Shown here: positions 9,462-19,150 of the stretch, one piece after another
Layout: each line of letters opens with the position of its first letter
Position numbering within the stretch: the stretch's first letter is position 1
NCBI GenBank assembly: GCA_021738065.1
Contig: JAIPCT010000003.1
Location: 474 to 64,473, forward strand
Origin: Burkholderiaceae bacterium
GTDB taxonomy: Bacteria > Pseudomonadota > Gammaproteobacteria > Burkholderiales > Rhodocyclaceae
Reading direction: 5' to 3'
DNA: 64,000 bases
Notes under the pieces: generated by a model
What the model saw: the letters and a program-made list of their open reading frames with translations, nothing else
The model's database searches: none
Told to the model about the DNA's origin: nothing
Program-made: the position numbers and the translations under genes

Positions 9462-11705
9462 CTATCGTGGAGTCTTTCGGTAGCGTGGCGCAGCGTAGGG
9501 ATGTGTGTTGCGGAAGGCCTCGAAGAGCTTCCAGCGCACCACCGGAATCCTCGACACCAATTGCAGCGGTACCGAGTAGATTTCGCAGGCTTCGAGGGCA
9601 ATCAGTTTAGGTGCCGGCCCGGATAGATTTTCTCGAGCCGCATCGCCTTTCTGGTGGTTCTCAAACAAGCTGTCGGCGCCCCAGAAGTCGCCTTTTTCCA
9701 GCACCTGCGCCGCCTTGCCTTTGCCTTTGGCAAGTTTTCCCTCGCCGAGAAGATGCATCCGCTTGGCGTCGCCGACAAAGTGCTCGCCCGCGGCGAGCGT
9801 GCTTATGTTGCAGTCCTTGGCCAGAGAAAACAGGGTGATGCTGGTCACGGCATCGCTGAAAAGATATGTGCGGCGCAGTTTGTCCTCAACTTTGCGCACC
9901 TCGATCAGTTCGCTGCTTGAAAAGAAGCGTTCGATGAAACTGCGGTAAAGATCGGACGGAAGACGAAGGGCCTGCACAAAGCCCACCGAGCGGTAGGTTT
10001 CCTCGCAGGCTCGATTGTCGATCGCTGCCGACTCGGCAAGCACGGAGCCGCTGAACAAAAACCGCGAATCGCCGGGATCCTGCGTCAGCATTTCCACCTT
10101 GCCCGCCAGCAGGAGATAAATCTCCCGGGGGACTTTCCCGGCCGGTGCAATGATGGTTTCCGGATTGAAGGTAACGATGCGGTTATTGAGCAGCATGTGC
10201 AGCCGCTCCACGGGCACCGAGGGAAAGTAACTCTTGAGAAACTCGCTGGCGTCACGCAACAGAAAATTCTGCTGTCCCGGAATCATCACATCCAGCGTGC
10301 CAAAGGGTGCGCCGGACCCGATTCTGCGTTCGGCGTCAGTCAGTTCGCGCGAGGTATGGGCCAGCAGCAGACGGCTCGACGCGTCCGCCGCGAAGTCGAC
10401 GGCGTCGCCATGGATCATGCCGCCGCCGATATCGATCTTCTTCAGATCGGCGGCTTCGAGATAGTAGCGTTTGATGTTGTTGGCGCGCTCGGTACTCAAG
10501 CCTGGCGACGTGGGATTGGAAGTGACCATGCCATCGAGCACACTGAACGAGGTGATATCCGCCAGATGCGAATAGGTTCGGTAGCCGCCTTCCCACAAGA
10601 CGCGGAAATTGAATATCGTCGTTTCGACCGGGTGCGGCGAACTGATCGGACGAACTTCCAGCCCGAGAATGTCATTCCACTCGCCTTCCACCAGATCGTG
10701 AATGTCGAAGTAGCGGGCGAATTCGCTTTCGGGTATCGACAGCAAGGCGCAAAACTTCCGCGTCACCGAGGCACGAACCAGCGGTGTGGCGAAATACTGC
10801 AAAGGCTGATCGCATTGCAGCAGGGTTGTCAGCCCGGCGAAGTGATCGTCGTGGCAGTGGGTATGAAAAATCCCCGCGACTTCCTTCTTGCCGATTCCCA
10901 GTGCATCGAGGCTGTAATGAATGTTCGGACCGGCGTCGATCAGGAATACCCGACCCTGATGAATGACGACGCTGCCCATCGCCGGCCGGTTGAAGTCCCA
11001 GCCGTCACCGTCCCCGGTATGGACCACGGCGAAATAGTGGCGATCGATTGCGACATGGCTCAGGGGATAGGGACAGGGATAGGTTTCGCTGCGCCCAAGA
11101 TTGAGGTCGACCTCGACACTGTCTTCGCCATGGCGAATCTCGAATACGTTGTGCGCCAGTCGCTCGATGGTGACTCCGTTCTCGATCTCGATGGCATCGG
11201 CGGCCAAAGGCAGGGTGTCGACAAAGGCGTCGGGGCTGGCAATCTGGCCAAAGGCGAACTTGAGCTTGATGCGCATGAGCGCTTCGGCTTCCGCCTGACC
11301 GAGCCCGGCCTTGATCATTTCCTCCACCGAGATCAAACCGTAGTTGCCGCGATGTATGTATCGAAGCTGCGCCGCAAGCTGTTCCGGCGTGCCGATCAGT
11401 TTCGGCTTTTTGCCGGTATTGCTGGGATGGTTCGGCAGCAGCATGCCCTGTCGATAGAGCATCTGCAGAATCGGAAACTCGGCCAGATTGCACAAGTGCC
11501 CGTTCTGTATCATCGAATCGGACAACAGGATGGCATTCGGACCGTTCTCGTAAATCACCCCGCCACGTTCCGTCGTCTGAATGATTCCGCGGCGAAACAG
11601 ATGCTTGATGCTGTCCGCCGGCGTGCCGCAAAGCAGACTGAGTCCGGCCTCGGGAATCTCGACATAGCAGATACCGTTGGCAACAACCAGTTTCCGTATT
11701 GACAT
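9462..11705 (-). CDS. Metallo-beta-lactamase-fold protein with C-terminal cyclic-nucleotide-binding domains
   Basis: LIDAG...FHTHCHDDHFAG...HPVET MBL motifs; two cNMP-like segments at the C terminus; start taken at MSIRKL. Confidence 0.8.
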   Translation of the reverse strand: MSIRKLVVANGICYVEIPEAGLSLLCGTPADSIKHLFRRGIIQTTERGGVIYENGPNAILLSDSMIQNGHLCNLAEFPILQMLYRQGMLLPNHPSNTGKKPKLIGTPEQLAAQLRYIHRGNYGLISVEEMIKAGLGQAEAEALMRIKLKFAFGQIASPDAFVDTLPLAADAIEIENGVTIERLAHNVFEIRHGEDSVEVDLNLGRSETYPCPYPLSHVAIDRHYFAVVHTGDGDGWDFNRPAMGSVVIHQGRVFLIDAGPNIHYSLDALGIGKKEVAGIFHTHCHDDHFAGLTTLLQCDQPLQYFATPLVRASVTRKFCALLSIPESEFARYFDIHDLVEGEWNDILGLEVRPISSPHPVETTIFNFRVLWEGGYRTYSHLADITSFSVLDGMVTSNPTSPGLSTERANNIKRYYLEAADLKKIDIGGGMIHGDAVDFAADASSRLLLAHTSRELTDAERRIGSGAPFGTLDVMIPGQQNFLLRDASEFLKSYFPSVPVERLHMLLNNRIVTFNPETIIAPAGKVPREIYLLLAGKVEMLTQDPGDSRFLFSGSVLAESAAIDNRACEETYRSVGFVQALRLPSDLYRSFIERFFSSSELIEVRKVEDKLRRTYLFSDAVTSITLFSLAKDCNISTLAAGEHFVGDAKRMHLLGEGKLAKGKGKAAQVLEKGDFWGADSLFENHQKGDAARENLSGPAPKLIALEACEIYSVPLQLVSRIPVVRWKLFEAFRNTHPYAAPRYRKTPR

Positions 11706-12025
11706 CAGTCGCTTTCCGCAGGATCGGCGAGGGATAGCATGAAAGACATGACTGGAAATGGTCTCCAAACAATGGACGAGGGTGACGACACGAACACGGC
11801 GACTTGATCTGGATCCGCTTGTGCCGGGGCTTTTCGGCGAACAAACAATTTCTTCAACTGGCAACAAATCAACTCTAGCATTTCCCCATGTGCCTGCGCC
11901 AGATTGCCGGATGTATGGTTGCGGCAAGCTTACCGACGGTCGGTTTCTCCATCAACACCCTCGACGCCGCGATTGCCGTCCGCCGCGCGCGGTATCAACA
12001 TAATTCCCGGGCAGATCAGTCGCTC

Positions 12026-12937
12026 CTAGGGACGGCAGTTCGCGGGCCGCAGGCGCTGCGTGCCTGCGCCATGCGTAATCTCGATCGTGCCTTCGCCGAG
12101 ATCGGTGATCGCACCCGTGGCTGGCGCCGCAAGAACACAGCGCCCGGTTTCACGCAGGCGTCCGGCGGCAAACTCGACCACCCTCAGCACCATGCGGCTC
12201 TGGTCGGGTATCAGCAGACGCTTGCGACCGCCCTCCTCCCACAGCATCGCCAAACCGAGCTCCGCGGAGCCATAGACATGATTGGAAAATCCGCCGAGAG
12301 CGGCGATTTCAACCAGTTTGGCGCCGGACTGCCGGTAGATTTTCAGGATGCCATTGATATGCGGCGTGATGACGGCGGCGATCTCGGCAATACCGTCGTT
12401 GTCGAGACCCGCGGTCGCAACCGGGTTCAGCCAGCGCATCGGGGTTCCGATCGCCGCCGAGCGCGCGATAACGACCAGTTGCTTGTTCTCGATCCCGAGC
12501 AGCATCAGGGCAGCGCCCCGTCGAACATGGCTGACCACCGCCAACAGCCGCTGCGGTTGGTCGCCGGCAAGTCGCACCAGGCGGGGTTCTACGTCCTCGA
12601 ATACCTCGGTTTCGGGAAGCACATGGACGAGGCGAGCTCCCGAACCGGTGCGCGCTTCGATACGCGCATATTCATGCGCCGGTCCTGCGGCGAAATGCCC
12701 ATAGCGCGCCACCGGATCGACGAAACGGGCGGCAACTATTTCATCGGAAGCCGCGGCCCACGCTGCGGGAATGCCGATAGCGAACGCGAAAACGCCGGCC
12801 GTCAGGCGTCTCGCCGCACGACCGATGATGTGCCGGTAGCAGGCTGCCGCCAGTAACGCGGCAGAATTCGAACCGATTCCAGACGCGAAGCGGTATCGCC
12901 TTGCCACGTCGCATACGACCGACCTTGTCGCCATCAT
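12026..12937 (-). CDS. Secreted FG-GAP/VCBS-like protein; start uncertain
   Basis: DPVARYGH...VFEDVEPRL...RWLNP...LDNDGIAEIAAVITPHI; hydrophobic AWA signal-like segment. Confidence 0.65.
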   Translation of the reverse strand: MMATRSVVCDVARRYRFASGIGSNSAALLAAACYRHIIGRAARRLTAGVFAFAIGIPAAWAAASDEIVAARFVDPVARYGHFAAGPAHEYARIEARTGSGARLVHVLPETEVFEDVEPRLVRLAGDQPQRLLAVVSHVRRGAALMLLGIENKQLVVIARSAAIGTPMRWLNPVATAGLDNDGIAEIAAVITPHINGILKIYRQSGAKLVEIAALGGFSNHVYGSAELGLAMLWEEGGRKRLLIPDQSRMVLRVVEFAAGRLRETGRCVLAAPATGAITDLGEGTIEITHGAGTQRLRPANCRP

Positions 12938-12951
12938 GTCGGTGTACTCGG

Positions 12952-15453
12952 CTACTGCGCCGACCTCAGCGCCGGCAGCGCCGACTGGCGCAACATGGAT
13001 GAGGCGCCCAGCCAGCCGGCGACCACCACCAGCACGACACCGGCCAGCAATCCGACGCCCCACAATTCCGCTTGCGGCAAGTACTCGAGGCGAAACACGA
13101 AGCGCGCCAAGCCCCAGCCAATCAGGCTTGCCGCGATGCCGGCGAGCAGGCCGGCGAGCGCGCCAAGTGCGGCGAATTCGGCCAGCAAGGCGCTGGAAAG
13201 TTGCCGACTGCGAGCGCCCAGCGCCCGCAACACCGCTAGTTCATGACGCCGTTCGTCGCTGCTGGCCTGCAATGCCGCATACAGCACAGCCAGCCCGGCA
13301 AGCACCGCGAAGCCGAACACCAGTTGCACGGCACGCGCCACTTGGTCGATCGTGGCATGGAGTTGCTTGACCAAGGCGGCGACATCAATCACCGTCAGGT
13401 TGGGGAATGCGCGCACCAGCTCGGGTATGACATAGGCCTTGTCGGGCGGCAAGTGAAAGCTGGTGATGAAACTGGCCGGATAGTCCTTGAGTACATCCGG
13501 CGGCGCCATGACGAAGAAATTGACTCGCATCGAATCCCAGTCGAGCTTTCTCAGGCTGGTAATCGCCGCCTCGACCGAATTGCCGGCGATGTCGTAGCGC
13601 AGGCGATCGCCCAGTTTCAGATTCAGGGTCTCGGCCAGGCCCTGTTCCACGGAAAACTCGGCCGCCTGTGTCGCGCCATGCCAACGACCGCCGCTGACGG
13701 TATTGCCGGCAGGCAATGCGGCCGACCATGACAGGTTGAACTCGCGATCGACCAGACGCTGGGCGCGATCATCGGTATAGCTTTCCGGACTGACCGCCTG
13801 GCCATTGACCTGCGTCAGGCGGCCGCGCACCATCGGTTCAAGTTCCGGCGGCGTCAGCCCCCTCGCCCTGAAAAAGTCGGCGATGGCGACACGCTGATCA
13901 GGCTGGATATTGATCGCAAACCGATTGGGGGCGTCGACGGGAACCCGCGCCAGCCAGCTATCGAGCAGATCGCCGCGCGCCACCGTAAGCAGCAGCAGGG
14001 CCGTGAGTCCCAGCGCCAGCGCCACGGCTTGCACCAGAGTTGCCGCCAGGCGCCGCCGCAGGTTGGCCAGTCCATGGCGCCAGCCATAGCCTTTGCCCGC
14101 CGGGCGAACGCGGCCCAGCAGCGCCAGCAGCGCACGCGCCATCAGGTAGAAAAAGCCGAGGGCGATGAGGAAACCGCTCAGCACGATCAAACCCAGACGC
14201 AGTTCGCCCGCCATCCACAGCATCAGTGCGGCGAGCACCGATGCGCCCAGCAGATAGGCGCCGACGGAGGCCGACAGTGAGGAATATTCGGACCCGCTCC
14301 ACTCCCGGCGCAGCACGCGTATGGTCGGCACCCGCCGCAGGCGCAGCAAGGGCGGCAAGGCAAAGCCGATGATCAGGGTCAGGCCGACCAGGAGGCCATG
14401 AATCCAGGGCAAGGGCGATGGCGCCGGCAACTGTGTCACCAGCAATCCAGCCAACAGCTGCTGCAACGCGGCTTGCACGCCATAGCCCAGAGCGCATCCG
14501 GCCAGCGTCGCCGCCAGACCAAACAGCAAAAACTCGCCACCATGGATCAGCAGCAGCTGCTGCGCCGAGGCGCCCATGCAGCGCATCACCGCGCAGCCAT
14601 CGAGATGCCGCCGCATATAGCGTTCGGCAGCCAGTGCCACGGCAACCGCGGCAAGAATCACGGCCAGCAGCGCCGCCAGCCGCAAAAAGCGTTGTGCGCG
14701 CTCGGTCACGTTGCGGATCTCGGGCCGAGCGTTGTCCAGGCTTTCAATTTTTTCGCCCCGCTCGAGCCGGCTCGTGGCCCAGAATTCGAAGGCCGCGACC
14801 GCCGCCGTGTCACCCGCCAGATGCAGGCGATAGCGAACGCGGCTGCCGTTCTGGATCAGGCCGGTTGCCGGCAAGTCCGCAAGGTTGATCATCAGACGCG
14901 GCGCCAGGGCAAACACATTCATGCCGCGATCCGGTTCCAGGGTTAGCACCGGGCCGCTGAGGACTTCGATTTTCCCCAGGGCGAGCGACGTGCCGGCCGC
15001 GAGATTGAGGGATGTCGCCAGACGTTCGTCGGGCCACGCCTCGCCGACGCGAGGCACACGCGGCATCGGCGCATCGGGCGCATTCAGTTCGGGCGCGCTG
15101 CGCAAGCCGCCGCGCAGGGGATAGCCTTCCGTCACCGCCTTGATATCGGCGAGTATCGAAGTTTCACCGAGGCTGACCATGCTCGGAAAGGTGACGCTTT
15201 CCGCCTGGCGCAGCCCTCGCGCCGCGGCTTCCTGACGAAAACCGTCGGTCCAGGGATGATCGGAACTCAGCAGCAGGTCGCCGCCGAGCAGCTGGTGCGA
15301 CTCCAGGCGCAAGGCCTGTTCGACGCGGTCGGTGAGAAAGCCGACGCTGGTCAGCGCGGCGACCGCCAGCATCAGGGCAATGCCCAACACCGTCAATTCA
15401 CCCGCGCGCCAGTCACGGATGAGCATGCGCAGAGCCAGTCTCAGGGAGGTCAT
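12952..15453 (-). CDS. ABC transporter permease, YbbP/FtsX family
   Basis: RDWRAGEL, LLGGDL, NRFAINIQPDQ, LDWDSMRVNFF; many transmembrane segments. Confidence 0.92.
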   Translation of the reverse strand: MTSLRLALRMLIRDWRAGELTVLGIALMLAVAALTSVGFLTDRVEQALRLESHQLLGGDLLLSSDHPWTDGFRQEAAARGLRQAESVTFPSMVSLGETSILADIKAVTEGYPLRGGLRSAPELNAPDAPMPRVPRVGEAWPDERLATSLNLAAGTSLALGKIEVLSGPVLTLEPDRGMNVFALAPRLMINLADLPATGLIQNGSRVRYRLHLAGDTAAVAAFEFWATSRLERGEKIESLDNARPEIRNVTERAQRFLRLAALLAVILAAVAVALAAERYMRRHLDGCAVMRCMGASAQQLLLIHGGEFLLFGLAATLAGCALGYGVQAALQQLLAGLLVTQLPAPSPLPWIHGLLVGLTLIIGFALPPLLRLRRVPTIRVLRREWSGSEYSSLSASVGAYLLGASVLAALMLWMAGELRLGLIVLSGFLIALGFFYLMARALLALLGRVRPAGKGYGWRHGLANLRRRLAATLVQAVALALGLTALLLLTVARGDLLDSWLARVPVDAPNRFAINIQPDQRVAIADFFRARGLTPPELEPMVRGRLTQVNGQAVSPESYTDDRAQRLVDREFNLSWSAALPAGNTVSGGRWHGATQAAEFSVEQGLAETLNLKLGDRLRYDIAGNSVEAAITSLRKLDWDSMRVNFFVMAPPDVLKDYPASFITSFHLPPDKAYVIPELVRAFPNLTVIDVAALVKQLHATIDQVARAVQLVFGFAVLAGLAVLYAALQASSDERRHELAVLRALGARSRQLSSALLAEFAALGALAGLLAGIAASLIGWGLARFVFRLEYLPQAELWGVGLLAGVVLVVVAGWLGASSMLRQSALPALRSAQ
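13872..13896 (+). repeat. Dispersed 25-bp motif, copy 5 (AAAAGTCGGCGATGGCGACACGCTG)
   Basis: Antisense in the permease gene, encodes QRVAIADF. Confidence 0.85.
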
Positions 15454-15547
15454 GAACACATCCCTGTCCGAGTGCGCGACTTGATCGCGGAGTTCGGGAA
15501 ACCTCGGCGATTTTCTCGGTATCTTGTGTGGCTCATGATTTTGATTT

Positions 15548-16915
15548 CTACCAACTGCGCATCTGTTCGATCGCCTGTTCGACGCGGTCGAGCGCGATGA
15601 CTTCGATGCCCTTGATGGCGGCTTTCGGCGCATTGGCCTTGGGCACAATGGCATGGCTGAAGCCCAGCTTCGCGGCTTCCTTCAGGCGTTCCTGCCCGCG
15701 CGGCGCGGGCCGGATTTCGCCGGCGAGGCCGATTTCGCCGAAGACTACCAGTTTGCCCGGCAGGGGCGTGTTGCGCAGCGACGAAACGATCGCCAGCAGC
15801 ACCGCCAGATCGGCCGCCGGCTCGGTGATCTTGACGCCGCCGACGGCATTGACGAAAACATCCTGATCGCCGCAAACGACGCCGGCATGACGATGCAATA
15901 CCGCCAGCAGCATCGCCAGACGATTCTGTTCTAGACCCACGGTGAGCCGGCGCGGGCTCGGTGCCTGCGAGCTGTCGACCAGCGCCTGTATCTCCACCAG
16001 CAAAGGCCGCGTGCCTTCCTGGGTGCACAGTACGCAGGAGCCGGCAACGTCGAGCGAATGCTGCGAGAGAAACAAGGCGGAAGGATTGGAAACACCGCGC
16101 AGGCCCTTCTCGGTCATGGCGAACACGCCCAGCTCATTGACGGCGCCGAAGCGATTCTTGACCGCGCGTACCAGACGAAAGCTGGAGTGCGTGTCGCCTT
16201 CGAAGTAGAGCACGGTGTCCACCATGTGTTCCAGCACGCGCGGGCCGGCCAGGCTGCCTTCCTTGGTGACATGGCCGACCAGGATCACGCAGGTGCCGCT
16301 TTGCTTGGCAAAACGCGTCAGCTGCGCCGCGCATTCACGCACCTGCGCCACCGAGCCGGGCGCCGATTGCAGCGCATCCGACCACACGGTCTGAATCGAA
16401 TCGATCACCGCCACCGCCGGGCGCAAGCTGATCAACGTCGCGAGAATTTTTTCCAGGTTGATCTCGGTCAGCAGTTGCATGCCGCCGACATCGAGTTGCA
16501 AACGTCGCGAACGCAGGGCGACTTGCTCGCCGGATTCTTCGCCCGACACGTAGAGCACGTTTTGCCGCGCCTGGGCCAGGGGCGCCAATGCCTGTAGCAG
16601 CAGGGTTGATTTACCGATGCCCGGATCGCCGCCGATCAGCACCACACCACCGGCCACCAGGCCGCCGCCGAGTACGCGGTCGAATTCCTCGAAACCGGTA
16701 GGCTGGCGCGGTTCTTCTCGCGGCCGGATTTCGGCCAGCATCTGCAAGCCGCTGGCGCCGCCGAGCGCGGCAAAACTGCGCCCGGCCGGGGCCGCGGTTT
16801 CGATCACGGCTTCAACCAGGGTGTTCCACTGGCTGCAACCCGGACACTGTCCTTGCCACTTGGGCAGGCTGGCACCGCATTCGGTGCAGGCGTACTGTGT
16901 TTTTACTTTCGCCAT
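15548..16915 (-). CDS. radA: DNA repair protein RadA/Sms
   Basis: CTECG...CPGC zinc finger, GDPGIGKST Walker A, KNRFG motif. Confidence 0.97.
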   Translation of the reverse strand: MAKVKTQYACTECGASLPKWQGQCPGCSQWNTLVEAVIETAAPAGRSFAALGGASGLQMLAEIRPREEPRQPTGFEEFDRVLGGGLVAGGVVLIGGDPGIGKSTLLLQALAPLAQARQNVLYVSGEESGEQVALRSRRLQLDVGGMQLLTEINLEKILATLISLRPAVAVIDSIQTVWSDALQSAPGSVAQVRECAAQLTRFAKQSGTCVILVGHVTKEGSLAGPRVLEHMVDTVLYFEGDTHSSFRLVRAVKNRFGAVNELGVFAMTEKGLRGVSNPSALFLSQHSLDVAGSCVLCTQEGTRPLLVEIQALVDSSQAPSPRRLTVGLEQNRLAMLLAVLHRHAGVVCGDQDVFVNAVGGVKITEPAADLAVLLAIVSSLRNTPLPGKLVVFGEIGLAGEIRPAPRGQERLKEAAKLGFSHAIVPKANAPKAAIKGIEVIALDRVEQAIEQMRSW

Positions 16916-16925
16916 CAATGCTGTT

Positions 16926-18017
16926 TCAATTTTCGTCGACGATCGGCACACGCGCCGCCAGCGCACAAAACAATTCGTAGGCCACGGTGCCGGCGGCACT
17001 GGCTACCTCGTCCGCCGCGAGGTACATGTCGCCCTGGCCGCCCCATAAGGTCGCCGTCTCGCCAACGCCGACTTTTTCCGGCAGCCCGCTCAAATCAATG
17101 CAGATCTTGTCCATCGAGACACGACCCAGCGTGCGCGTGCGCTGCCCGGCGATCTGCACCGGCGTTCCGGTAGGTGCGTGGCGCGGGTAGCCGTCGCCAT
17201 AGCCGCAGGCCAGCACGCCCACGCGCATCGGCGAATCTGCGACAAAGCTGCCGCCATAGCCAACGGCATCGCCGGCTTGCAGTTCGCGCACGGCGATCAA
17301 TTCGCTTTCAAGCGTCATCACCGGCTGCAAGCCGATCTCGGCGGCGGTTTGCAGGGCGGGAAATGGCGACGAGCCATAGAGCATGATCCCGGGGCGAACC
17401 CAGTCGCCCACCGCTTCGGGAAAGCGCAGCAGCGCGGCGGAGTTGGCCAGGGACACGGGCAAATCGCGCCCATTTGTCATGGACTGGAAGCGTGCGAGCT
17501 GGGCGGCGATGCCGCGAACTTCGTCGGCGTCGGCAAAATGCGTCATCAGCGTGACCGCTCCGGCACAATCCGCCGCGTCCAATCGGGTCAAGGCGGCAAT
17601 GAACTCGTCCTGGTTGAATCCCAGGCGGTTCATGCCGGTGTTCAGTTTGAGATAGACCGGCAAGCGCATCGGCAGGCCGGCTTCAAGCAAGGCTTCAATC
17701 TGCCACGGAGAATGCAGTACCGGGACCAGATCCAGTTCCGCATACAGCGAGAATTCATAGCCCTGATACGGCCCTTCCAGCATCAGTATCGGCTGGGAAA
17801 TTCCCGCATCGCGCAAGGCCATCGCGCCCTCAAGCTCGACCAGGGCGAATCCGTCGGCGACATCCTCCAGTGCGCGTGCCGCGGATAGCAGTCCGTGTCC
17901 ATAGGCATCGGCCTTGACAACGCTCCAGACGCGAGCGCCGCCGGCATGGTGGCGCGCGACGTTCTGATTGTGCCGCAACGCGGCCCAATCAAGACGCGCG
18001 CGTATTGGTCGCGACAT
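16926..18017 (-). CDS. alr: Alanine racemase
   Basis: VVKADAYGHG, TGMNRLG, GYGDGYPR, GRVSMD. Confidence 0.96.
   Translation of the reverse strand: MSRPIRARLDWAALRHNQNVARHHAGGARVWSVVKADAYGHGLLSAARALEDVADGFALVELEGAMALRDAGISQPILMLEGPYQGYEFSLYAELDLVPVLHSPWQIEALLEAGLPMRLPVYLKLNTGMNRLGFNQDEFIAALTRLDAADCAGAVTLMTHFADADEVRGIAAQLARFQSMTNGRDLPVSLANSAALLRFPEAVGDWVRPGIMLYGSSPFPALQTAAEIGLQPVMTLESELIAVRELQAGDAVGYGGSFVADSPMRVGVLACGYGDGYPRHAPTGTPVQIAGQRTRTLGRVSMDKICIDLSGLPEKVGVGETATLWGGQGDMYLAADEVASAAGTVAYELFCALAARVPIVDEN
17052..17076 (-). repeat. Dispersed 25-bp motif, copy 6 (AAAAGTCGGCGTTGGCGAGACGGCG)
   Basis: Sense in alr, encodes KVGVGETA. Confidence 0.85.
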
Positions 18018-18024
18018 TCGTGGT

Positions 18025-18939
18025 TCAGCCCGATTTCTGGGTGATCAACGCATGCAGGCGCTCGGATGCGAATTGGACAAAGGTCGCGACCAGGCGCGAG
18101 CGGAATTTTTCCTTTGGATAGACCATCGACAGGGTGCGTATCAGGCGCGGTTTGAGCGGTATCGCGACGATATCTCCCAGTCTTTGCTCCTTGGTCACCG
18201 ATGCCCGCGAGGCGATGGCGAAGCCAAGGCCGGTTTCCACGACGCCGTTGAGGGCAATCGGACTGCCGAGTTCCATCACCATGTTCATCTGGTCGAGTGC
18301 GATCCCCGCGCTGCGCAGGTAGTTTTCGGTGAATTCCCTTGTTCCGGAACCCGGTTCGCGCGAAATGAAGGCATGATCCAGCAGTTTTTGCGGCGTCAGT
18401 TCCTTGAAACGCGCCAGCGGAAAACGTGGATGGCAGATCACCACCAGTTCGTCATCGCAGCACACCTCGCATTCCAGGTTGGGCTCATGCGAAAGCGACT
18501 CGATGAAGCCAATGTCGATGGTGTGCGCTGTGACGAGGCTTTCAATCGACTCGGAGTTGCCGACAATCAAACGCGAGCGCACATTCGGAAACGTTGACTT
18601 GAATTCACCGAGAACTCCCGGCAGCATGAACTCGGCGATCGTGGTCGATGCGCCCACCATCAGCGAGCCGCCGATCTCGCCAGTCAGTTCCGACAAGCGC
18701 ACGTCCATTTCGGACGACAATCCGAGGATTCTTTCCGCGTAACCCAGCACGACCTCGCCCGCCGGCGTCAGTGTGATCTTCCCGTGGCCGCGATCAAACA
18801 GCCGAGTATTGAAATGTTCTTCGAGTTGCTTGATCTGAAACGTTACTGCCGGCTGCGTCATGAACAGCACTTCCGCCGCCTTGGTAAACGACAGTTGCTT
18901 GGCAACGGCATGAAAAACCTGAAGCCGCCTATCCGCCAT
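18025..18939 (-). CDS. LysR-family transcriptional regulator (CysL/CbbR-like)
   Basis: LSFTKAAEVLFMTQPAVTFQIKQLEE HTH; REPGSGTR. Confidence 0.93.
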   Translation of the reverse strand: MADRRLQVFHAVAKQLSFTKAAEVLFMTQPAVTFQIKQLEEHFNTRLFDRGHGKITLTPAGEVVLGYAERILGLSSEMDVRLSELTGEIGGSLMVGASTTIAEFMLPGVLGEFKSTFPNVRSRLIVGNSESIESLVTAHTIDIGFIESLSHEPNLECEVCCDDELVVICHPRFPLARFKELTPQKLLDHAFISREPGSGTREFTENYLRSAGIALDQMNMVMELGSPIALNGVVETGLGFAIASRASVTKEQRLGDIVAIPLKPRLIRTLSMVYPKEKFRSRLVATFVQFASERLHALITQKSG

Positions 18940-19150
18940 GGATTGATCCTCCGAATATAAGAATTTGCTGGTTGACGGTATTCAATCACAAATCATCCCT
19001 CATGAGCGCAATTTATACTGTGAGTGGGCATTAAAGACGGGGTTTCTCGGCGGAATACCGCATTTTTTGGCAACCATCAAACCGGGTCCGATTCTCCTTT
19101 CGTGATATAAACCCGCAGCCAAAGCGACGGTCGGTCCACCGACCACATCA

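Noticed and set aside
11706-12025. Long intergenic region as a possible riboswitch (e.g. c-di-GMP)
   Set aside because: No convincing aptamer consensus seen by eye; an Rfam scan would be needed.
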